A DNA stretch of 52,389 nucleotides, taken from positions 1-52,389 of the forward strand of contig CAYTXI010000001.1 of the NCBI GenBank assembly GCA_964441935.1. Reading direction: 5' to 3'. Shown piece by piece: positions 45,838-52,389 of the stretch. The notes beneath the pieces are model-generated. The model saw only the letters and a program-made list of their open reading frames with translations, was not told the DNA's origin and did not search any database. This DNA is from an uncultured Bauldia sp. (GTDB lineage: Bacteria > Pseudomonadota > Alphaproteobacteria > Rhizobiales > Kaistiaceae). A program made the translations under genes and the position numbers. The first letter of the stretch is position 1. Each line of letters begins with the position of its first letter.

Positions 45838-47211
45838 ATGTTCACAGACAGCATCTTTGCCCATCTCGAATCAGAGGTGCGTTCCTACGCCCGGACATTT
45901 CCATGCGTCATCGACCGGGCCCTTGGCGCCGAGCTCTGGACCGTGGATGGCCGCCGCTACTTGGATTTCCTGGCGGGCGCCGGATCTCTGAACTATGGGC
46001 ACAACAATCCGCGTCTGAAGAAGGCCCTCGTCGAGCACATCGAGCGCGACGGGATCACCCTTAGTCTCGATCTCCACACGACCGCCAAAGAGCGCTTCTT
46101 GGAGGCGCTGTCCGAGATCATCCTCGTACCACGCGGGCTCGACTACGTCGTCCAGTTCACCGGCCCGACCGGCACGAACGCGGTCGAAGCTGCGCTCAAG
46201 CTAGCGCGCAAGGCCACCGGACGCACCAACGTCATCTCGTTCACCAACGGTTTTCACGGTGTGTCGATGGGGGCCCTGGCCGCGACCGGCAACAGTTACA
46301 ACCGTGGCGGCGCCGGCATGCCGTTGTTCGGAACCACGGTGATGCCTTACGACGGCTATTTCGGACCGGAGGTCGACACGGTTGCATACATCGAGCGACT
46401 GATATCCGACCCGTCGAGCGGCGTCGATCATCCTGCGGCGATGATCGTCGAAACGGTGCAGGGGGAGGGCGGTCTCAATGTCGCGAGCAGCGGCTGGCTG
46501 CGGCGCATGGCAGCATTGTGCCGGGCTAAGGGCATCCTGCTCATCGTGGATGACATCCAGGCCGGTTGCGGCCGCACCGGCAGTTTCTTCAGCTTTGAGC
46601 CTGCGGGCATCACGCCCGACATCGTCACACTGTCGAAGTCGCTTTCCGGCTACGGACTGCCATTTGCAATCGTTCTGATCCGGCCCGACCTCGATGTCTG
46701 GAAACCGGGTGAGCACAACGGGACTTTCCGCGGCAACAACCATGCGTTCGTTACCGCCACCGCCGCCCTCGAACACTACTGGCGCACGTCGGACTTTGCC
46801 GACACGATCGAACGGACCGGCATTGCGGTCGGTCAGCAGCTTCAAGAGCTGGTCGACCGCTTTTCGCCAGATCTCGTGGAGGCCCGTGGCCGCGGAATGA
46901 TGCGTGGCATACGCTGCGCCGATCCGAAGCGGGCCGCCGCCGTGACGGCGCGTGCCTTTGAGCGTGGCCTAATCATCGAACGGTCCGGTCCCGAGGACGA
47001 GGTCATCAAGTGCCTTGCGCCATTGACGATCCATCGGAACGAGCTGATGGAGGGCCTTGGCATCCTCGAGTTGGCTATCGCGGAGGAGCTCGGGGTCCGC
47101 AGGCACGCAGACATCGCCGTGCGGCATTCGGCTGGATATCCGGCACCGAATGGTCACGGTGGCGAAGCTGTGCAGCGGATGGCGGCGAATTCGGCCGGGC
47201 AGGGGAGATAG
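45838..47211 (+). CDS. Diaminobutyrate--2-oxoglutarate transaminase (EctB/PvdH/Dat family)
   Basis: Near-colinear similarity to EctB as I recall it: [103 protein letters not shown] (PLP Lys) and NGTFRG. In-frame alternative starts are at 45751 and 45778. No ectA or ectC is in the window. Confidence 0.85.
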   Translation: MFTDSIFAHLESEVRSYARTFPCVIDRALGAELWTVDGRRYLDFLAGAGSLNYGHNNPRLKKALVEHIERDGITLSLDLHTTAKERFLEALSEIILVPRGLDYVVQFTGPTGTNAVEAALKLARKATGRTNVISFTNGFHGVSMGALAATGNSYNRGGAGMPLFGTTVMPYDGYFGPEVDTVAYIERLISDPSSGVDHPAAMIVETVQGEGGLNVASSGWLRRMAALCRAKGILLIVDDIQAGCGRTGSFFSFEPAGITPDIVTLSKSLSGYGLPFAIVLIRPDLDVWKPGEHNGTFRGNNHAFVTATAALEHYWRTSDFADTIERTGIAVGQQLQELVDRFSPDLVEARGRGMMRGIRCADPKRAAAVTARAFERGLIIERSGPEDEVIKCLAPLTIHRNELMEGLGILELAIAEELGVRRHADIAVRHSAGYPAPNGHGGEAVQRMAANSAGQGR

Positions 47212-47276
47212 GACCAGAACCGCAAGGCGTCCGGCGCTGCCAGGGGACCCCGCTCTGACAGCGCAATTGCCCTGGG

Positions 47277-48035
47277 CTAACGCGGGCGTCCGTTCCGGTA
47301 GCGCTCGTTTGCGCCCGTCTTTACCCCGACGGTCCCTCGCTCCATCCGAGAACGGCCAACTGTCGCTGATTGCAGTGGTTCAATCGCGCCGCGGCTCTGT
47401 CTGACCGAGGTTGCCGCGGCAATAAAGCCACCACCGACTGTCCACCGCCCAATGGCAGTCACCTCCGCCCCCGGAGTAGATGACGCGTGAAGGTATGCCC
47501 AAAAAGTGCCGCCTCGATGCACTTTCACCGACACGTCCAGGAAGTCCAGCCAGTGGCGGGTGATGGGAAACCATGCCTTGAAAATCGCTTCCTTGGCGCA
47601 GAACAGGATCGTACCCCAATGCCGAGTGGGGTAAGCGTCCGCTAACGCCCGCAACTGATCTCGTTCCTCGCCCTGCACGATGAGGTCGAGCACTTCGGCG
47701 GGCAGTGCACGATCCGGCTCAGCGTCGACGCCGACGCTGCGTAGCGTCCGCGAGCGCGCGACGACGGCGGCGCGATAGCCGGTGCAATGGGTCATGCTCC
47801 CGACCACGCCGGCCGGCCAGCGCGGAGCCCCGTCCGCGTCGGGGAGAATTGGAACCGGTGGCACTCCGATCTCGCGCAGTGCTCGGCGGGCGCAATGGCG
47901 GACCGTGCCGAATTCGCGGCGACGTTCAGCAACGGCGCTGGCCACCATGGCGGCTTCGATCGCGAACATTGTTGACTCCGGAGCGTCAGAGAACATCTCG
48001 GAGCATGCGGCGGCCGGGAGCAGGGTCTCGATCAT
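47277..48035 (-). CDS. 4'-phosphopantetheinyl transferase, EntD/PptT type
   Basis: REFGTVRHCARRALREIG, WPAGVVGSMTHCTGYRAAVVA, VGVDAEP and LFCAKEAIFKAW are the EntD-type PPTase motifs. Confidence 0.8.
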   Translation of the reverse strand: MIETLLPAAACSEMFSDAPESTMFAIEAAMVASAVAERRREFGTVRHCARRALREIGVPPVPILPDADGAPRWPAGVVGSMTHCTGYRAAVVARSRTLRSVGVDAEPDRALPAEVLDLIVQGEERDQLRALADAYPTRHWGTILFCAKEAIFKAWFPITRHWLDFLDVSVKVHRGGTFWAYLHASSTPGAEVTAIGRWTVGGGFIAAATSVRQSRGAIEPLQSATVGRSRMERGTVGVKTGANERYRNGRPR

Positions 48036-48311
48036 CGTTGCCCACGCCCTCTTTAAGTTGGAGAATAGAATGCGACTTCGACTCTCATAGTATTACAGTT
48101 CCACCTTGTTGGAGTGGTGGCATGGCTTTATTTGGCCGCTGCAGCCTCAAAATTGGTCTTTTTCTTCAGGAGTCAATCGATCACATGACTAGGCATTATT
48201 AATGCTAACAACTGTGATTAATGATCGCCGCGAACCTGGGCCAATGGCGGCATGGGTCTGGGCGCTAACGAAGCCGGGACGCGGCCCGCTCCCACAACGA
48301 GCGACGACGTT

Positions 48312-48355
48312 CGAGGTCGGCCCGAAGGCGATTCCGAGGTCGGCGCGAAGGCGAT
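48312..48355. repeat. Imperfect 23-nt-period tandem direct repeat in non-coding DNA
   Basis: cgaggtcggcccgaaggcgat (48312-48332) and cgaggtcggcgcgaaggcgat (48335-48355) match at 20 of 21 positions and are separated by tc. Confidence 0.7.
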
Positions 48356-48591
48356 ATCGACGAACGACCTGCCACAGCCCGCTTCGACCCAAAGCAGACA
48401 TCGTCGAAGGAATGGGCCATCAGTGAAAGATCAGCCCGTCGATCGTCACAAGTGAAGTTGCCGCGCGTCTGCTCGAATTAACCTTGACCACTCATGTACC
48501 GGGACAGTTCCGATTGCGCCGAAGTATTTTCGACGCCGTTGAAGTCTCGAGCACACCTGTCTCAAACGAGCAGGCCTGCGATGGTGAGTGG

Positions 48592-49005
48592 ATGAGGAAG
48601 ACAATGAAGATCAGCAGACTGTTGGTCCGCGTCGCTATTGCCTGCGGCTTGTCAGCCGTGTCCCTTGTGGCCACCCAAGTTGTCCTGCCGGCCGGACCGT
48701 TGGACACCATGGCTCACGCCGCGATAAGCGTCTGCGCGTGGAATGATCTGGACTGGGACGAAATGTCCGCGGACCAGCAGCAATCCTGGGCCGCGCTTGG
48801 ATGGGATGAAGACCGGTGGTACGGCGACGCCCCCGCACCGACGTCCGACAACAAGGATTGGTACGAGCTGAGCCCGAAGGAAAAAGCAGCCGCTGCGCGC
48901 CTGGGCTACGCATGGCGCACCTGGGACGTGGACACCTGTCCCGTTTCCGCCGACGACATAGAGCCGTTTGTGTACACGGGGTGTGAAGATTGCGCCGACG
49001 ATTGA
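48592..49005 (+). CDS. Hypothetical small secreted Trp-rich protein with an internal duplicated motif
   Basis: Signal peptide MRKTMKISRLLVRVAIACGLSAVSLVATQV. Two copies of a motif of about 23 aa: DWDEMSADQQQSWAALGWDEDRW and DWYELSPKEKAAAARLGYAWRTW. Start is 48592 or 48604. I recognise no family. Confidence 0.45.
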   Translation: MRKTMKISRLLVRVAIACGLSAVSLVATQVVLPAGPLDTMAHAAISVCAWNDLDWDEMSADQQQSWAALGWDEDRWYGDAPAPTSDNKDWYELSPKEKAAAARLGYAWRTWDVDTCPVSADDIEPFVYTGCEDCADD

Positions 49006-49265
49006 GCTTACAGCTCAAGTTTCCGACGCGAGGCGGATCTGATTGGATGGATACCTGGCTCGCTGGCGAGTGAGCGACGGTGGTCGGTTGTGACGAACTG
49101 TGAATGGCAGCTCTTGGCGCTGAGCGGACATCGTTCAGCGACACGCTAAGGGTCGCTCCTGATCCGAACAAGATGCTCGCCGAACGGCACACAGTCCCTC
49201 GGCTCGTAGAAAACAGCCGGGCAGCGCGGCTGCCGGCAATGGCGCCTTGACGCTCTTCCCGCGAT

Positions 49266-49282
49266 TTGTCCAAATGGATCAA
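49266..49282 (+). promoter_or_regulatory. Imperfect palindrome TTGTCCAAATGGATCAA upstream of preT (RutR/TetR-like operator candidate)
   Basis: Located 27-43 nt upstream of the preT ATG (49309). It resembles the RutR consensus TTGACCA-NN-TGGTCAA as I recall it, but has one mismatch and one extra base. Confidence 0.3.
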
Positions 49283-49308
49283 AGCGTCACGCCGGCCGGA
49301 GGGGACCC

Positions 49309-50664
49309 ATGGCGGTCGACAGGGTGCCTGATATCGCCGCCGGGCGTTTGAATCAGGAAGACTACGTCGCCAATTTCAGCGACCTCCACCCGCCGCTCGA
49401 TCGCCATCAGGCCACGGTCGAGGCCGACCGCTGCTATTTCTGCTTCGACGCGCCGTGCGTCGCCGCTTGCCCGACCGGGATCGACATCCCGATGTTCATC
49501 CGCGAGATCCTGACCGACAACCCCAAGGGCGCGGCCGAGACGATCCTGTCTGCCAACATCCTCGGGGGTATGTGCGCGCGGGTCTGCCCGACCGAAACCC
49601 TCTGCGAGGAGGCGTGCGTGCGCCAGGCGGCCGAGGGCAAACCCGTGCGGATCGGCGGGCTCCAACGCTACGCCACTGATGCCCTCATGGCCGAAGGCAA
49701 GCAGCCCTTCGTGCGCGCCGCGCGGACCGGCCGTCGCGTCGCGGTCGTCGGCGGCGGTCCGGCCGGCCTCTCGTGCGCCCACCGCCTCGCCACGCATGGC
49801 CACGACGTCGTTATCTACGATGCCCGGCCGAAGATCGGCGGTCTCAACGAATACGGCATCGCGGCTTACAAGACGGTCGACGATTTCGCTCAGGCCGAGG
49901 TCGATTTCATCCTGTCGATTGGCGGTATTACGGTCGAAGCCGGCAAACAGCTGGGCCGCGACTTCACCCTCGCCGAGCTTCGCGAGGACTTCGACGCCGT
50001 GTTCCTGGGCATGGGCCTGACCGGAGTCAACGCCCTCGGCCTTGTCGGAGAGCAGGTCGCCGGAGTCTTTGACGCGGTCGCCTACATCGCCGAATTGCGG
50101 CAGGCCGAGGACCTTGCGACGCTGCCGGTCGGCCGCAAGGTGGTTGTCGTCGGCGGCGGCATGACCGCCATCGACATTGCCTCGCAATCGAAACGACTCG
50201 GCGCCGAGGACGTCACCATTGTCTACCGCCGCGACGCTGCCCGCATGGGCGCCAGCGAGTACGAGCAGGAGCTCGCCCAGACGAGCGGCGTCAAGATCAA
50301 GCACGGCGCCATGCCGAGGCGGCTGGTTTCATCGGGCGGCGCCGTGGTCGCGGTCGAGTTCGAGTACACCGCCGCCGTCGACGGCTCGCTATCCGGCACC
50401 GGCGAGACTTTCGTGGTCGAGGCCGACGCGGTGTTCAAGGCGATAGGGCAGACGTTCGTCACGGCCGCGCTCGACGGCGCCGACGGGATGATTGAGCTGG
50501 ACTCCGGACGCATCAAGGTCGACGAGGAGCGACGCACCACGCTTGCGGGCGTCTGGGCGGGCGGCGATTGCATCGCCGGTGGCAAGGACCTCACCGTCGT
50601 GGCCGTCGAGGACGGCAAGATCGCCGCCGAATCGATCCACCGCGCGCTATCGGGCTCATCTTGA
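49309..50664 (+). CDS. preT: NAD-dependent dihydropyrimidine dehydrogenase subunit PreT (GltD-like)
   Basis: 451 aa. N-terminal 4Fe-4S Cys motifs (CYFCFDAPCVAACP, CARVCPTETLCEEAC) and two dinucleotide folds (VAVVGGGPAGLSCA, VVVVGGGMTAID). Confidence 0.9.
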   Translation: MAVDRVPDIAAGRLNQEDYVANFSDLHPPLDRHQATVEADRCYFCFDAPCVAACPTGIDIPMFIREILTDNPKGAAETILSANILGGMCARVCPTETLCEEACVRQAAEGKPVRIGGLQRYATDALMAEGKQPFVRAARTGRRVAVVGGGPAGLSCAHRLATHGHDVVIYDARPKIGGLNEYGIAAYKTVDDFAQAEVDFILSIGGITVEAGKQLGRDFTLAELREDFDAVFLGMGLTGVNALGLVGEQVAGVFDAVAYIAELRQAEDLATLPVGRKVVVVGGGMTAIDIASQSKRLGAEDVTIVYRRDAARMGASEYEQELAQTSGVKIKHGAMPRRLVSSGGAVVAVEFEYTAAVDGSLSGTGETFVVEADAVFKAIGQTFVTAALDGADGMIELDSGRIKVDEERRTTLAGVWAGGDCIAGGKDLTVVAVEDGKIAAESIHRALSGSS

Positions 50665-50676
50665 GAGGAAACGTCG

Positions 50677-51981
50677 ATGGCCGATCTCCGTTCCGAATTC
50701 GTCGGCATCAAGTCGCCGAACCCCTTCTGGCTCGCCTCGGCCCCGCCGACCGACAAGGAATACAACGTCGTCCGCGCCTTCAAAGCGGGCTGGGGCGGCG
50801 TCGTCTGGAAGACCCTCGGCGAGGACCCGCCGATCGTCAACGTCGCCGGACCGCGCTATGGCGCCATCCACGCCGGCGATCGCCGGCTGATTGGCCTTAA
50901 CAACATTGAGCTGATCACCGACCGCCCGCTCGAGGTGAACCTCAACGAGATCAAGCAGGTCAAGCGCGACTGGCCCGACCGCGCGCTCGTCGTCTCGCTG
51001 ATGGTTCCCTGCGAGGAGCCCAACTGGAAGGCGATTCTAAAGGCGGTCGAGGACACCGGTGCAGACGGTGTCGAGCTCAACTTCGGATGCCCCCACGGTA
51101 TGAGCGAGCGTGGCATGGGCTCTGCAGTCGGCCAAGTGCCCGAGTACATCGAAATGGTCACTCGTTGGTGCAAGGCCGGCACCCGCATGCCGGTCATCGT
51201 CAAGCTGACGCCGAACATCACCGACATCCGCTACCCCGCGCGCGCCGCCAAGCAAGGTGGCGCCGACGCGGTGTCGCTGATCAACACTCTCAACTCGATC
51301 ACAAATGTCGACCTCGACACGTTTTCGCCCGAGCCGTCGATCGACGGCAAGGGCTCGCACGGTGGCTATTGCGGCCCGGCGGTCAAGCCCATCGCGCTCT
51401 CCATGGTGTCCGAGATCGCCCGCGACAAGGAAGCCGGAGGCATATCCATCTCCGGCATCGGCGGCATCACCACGTGGCGCGACGCCGCCGAGTTTCTGGC
51501 GCTCGGGGCCGTCAACGTCCAGGTTTGCACGGCGGTCATGACCTACGGATTCAAGATCGTCGGTGAACTGATCTCGGGGCTGGACCACTACCTCGATGAG
51601 CGTCAGATGAAACTCAACGACCTCGTCGGCCGTGCCGTGCCCAACGTCACCGACTGGCAGTACCTCAACCTCAATTACGTCACCAAGGCGCGCATCAACC
51701 AGGATCTGTGCATCGAGTGCGGTCGTTGCCACATCGTTTGCGAGGACGCCTCCCATCAGGCGATCACCGCCACCAAGAACGGCCGCCGACACTTCGAGGT
51801 GGTCGACGCCGAGTGTGTCGGCTGCAACCTCTGCGTCAACGTCTGTCCGGTCGAAAACTGCATCACAATGGAGCGCCTCACCGCCGGCGTCGATCCACAC
51901 ACCGGCGCGCCGGCAACGGGCCATCTCAACTGGACCCAACACCCCAACAACCCCATGCGCGTGTCAGAGCCGGCGGAGTAG
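50677..51981 (+). CDS. preA: NAD-dependent dihydropyrimidine dehydrogenase subunit PreA (DHOD-like TIM barrel + 2x4Fe-4S)
   Basis: 434 aa. GIKSPNPFWLASAPPT, ELNFGCPHGM and VKLTPNITDI, plus a C-terminal ferredoxin-like CIECGRCHIVC ... CVGCNLCVNVCP. Confidence 0.9.
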   Translation: MADLRSEFVGIKSPNPFWLASAPPTDKEYNVVRAFKAGWGGVVWKTLGEDPPIVNVAGPRYGAIHAGDRRLIGLNNIELITDRPLEVNLNEIKQVKRDWPDRALVVSLMVPCEEPNWKAILKAVEDTGADGVELNFGCPHGMSERGMGSAVGQVPEYIEMVTRWCKAGTRMPVIVKLTPNITDIRYPARAAKQGGADAVSLINTLNSITNVDLDTFSPEPSIDGKGSHGGYCGPAVKPIALSMVSEIARDKEAGGISISGIGGITTWRDAAEFLALGAVNVQVCTAVMTYGFKIVGELISGLDHYLDERQMKLNDLVGRAVPNVTDWQYLNLNYVTKARINQDLCIECGRCHIVCEDASHQAITATKNGRRHFEVVDAECVGCNLCVNVCPVENCITMERLTAGVDPHTGAPATGHLNWTQHPNNPMRVSEPAE

Positions 51982-52045
51982 GGTGGGCCAAAGCACGCCG
52001 AGCACGCGCTGACGGTAGGCCAGAAGAAGGTAGGCGAGGCACAAC

Positions 52046-52389
52046 ATGGCGAAGCTCAAGGGCGGTCTCATCCAGATGAAGCTGAAGGGCGACACCTCGA
52101 TGTCGCCCGCCGAGATCAAGGACAAGATGATTGCGGCCCATCTGCCGTTGATCGAGGCGGCGGGGAAGCAAGGCGTTCAGGTGCTCTGCTTCCAGGAGGT
52201 GTTCACCCAGCCGTATTTCTGTCCGAGCCAAGACGGTAAGTGGTACGGCGCCGCCGAAGCCATCCCCGACGGCCCAACCGTCAAGCTGATGCAGGAGCTT
52301 GCCAAGAAGCACTCCATGGTGATCGTCGCCCCGCTCTACGAGGAGGAGATCACCGGCGTCTACTACAACTGCGCCGCCGTCATCGACGC
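52046..52389 (+). CDS. Carbon-nitrogen hydrolase (beta-ureidopropionase / N-carbamoyl-amino-acid amidohydrolase type), 5' fragment running off the window
   Basis: Not in the ORF track because there is no stop. ATG 52046 gives MAKLKGGLIQMKL...VQVLCFQEVFTQPYFC...MVIVAPLYEEE. This shows the CN-hydrolase catalytic Glu context (CFQE). Its position after preTA fits the third step of reductive pyrimidine degradation. Confidence 0.7.
   Translation, partial: MAKLKGGLIQMKLKGDTSMSPAEIKDKMIAAHLPLIEAAGKQGVQVLCFQEVFTQPYFCPSQDGKWYGAAEAIPDGPTVKLMQELAKKHSMVIVAPLYEEEITGVYYNCAAVID

Noticed and set aside
45838-47211. The EctB-type transaminase might indicate an ectoine (ectABC) osmoprotectant locus or a pyoverdine (pvdH) locus.
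   Set aside because: No ectA, ectC or ectD, no multi-module siderophore NRPS and no TonB receptor is in the window. The only NRPS is the Pls-type single module next to it.

Overview
High-GC chromosomal window with alphaproteobacterial, Rhizobiales-like gene content (pcs, fixLJ-fixK, IalB, PuuD). I call about 49 protein genes and one tRNA-Ser(UGA). I saw no transposase, integrase, CRISPR array or rRNA. Layout: (i) 1-12.6 kb mixed housekeeping genes: mfd 3' end, PAS-GGDEF cyclase, DsbA-like, family-5 SBP, IalB, hspQ, AEC permease, UbiH-like monooxygenase, split YeeE/YedE pair, pcs, TerC, qor. (ii) 12.8-24.2 kb purine catabolism: uraH-xdhABC, a BMP-type ABC importer and puuD, with uraD plus an M20 hydrolase displaced to 27.2-28.9 kb. 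(iii) 24.1-26.8 kb: a tightly overlapping four-gene desaturase operon, then infA and cspA. (iv) 29.1-32.0 kb: a 965-aa secreted Cys/Pro-rich repeat protein carrying in-frame microsatellites. (v) 33.0-36.5 kb: fixK, fixLJ and an orphan receiver preceded by a TTGA-N6-TCAA box. (vi) 36.5-39.1 kb: lemA-DUF2207. (vii) Most interesting, 40.2-48.0 kb beside tRNA-Ser: a compact cluster of a Pls/PosA-type single-module membrane NRPS (A-T followed by three [2 TM + hexapeptide-repeat] units), a diaminopropionate-ammonia-lyase-family PLP enzyme, an EctB-type diaminobutyrate transaminase with no ectA/ectC, and an EntD-type PPTase. It is punctuated by unusually AT-rich intergenic DNA. I predict it makes a cationic homopoly(amino acid), plausibly poly-diaminobutyrate; the product is unverified. 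(viii) 49.3 kb to the end: preT-preA-carbamoylase, reductive pyrimidine catabolism. Many long ORFs in the track are antisense or out-of-frame shadows typical of high-GC DNA and are not called.
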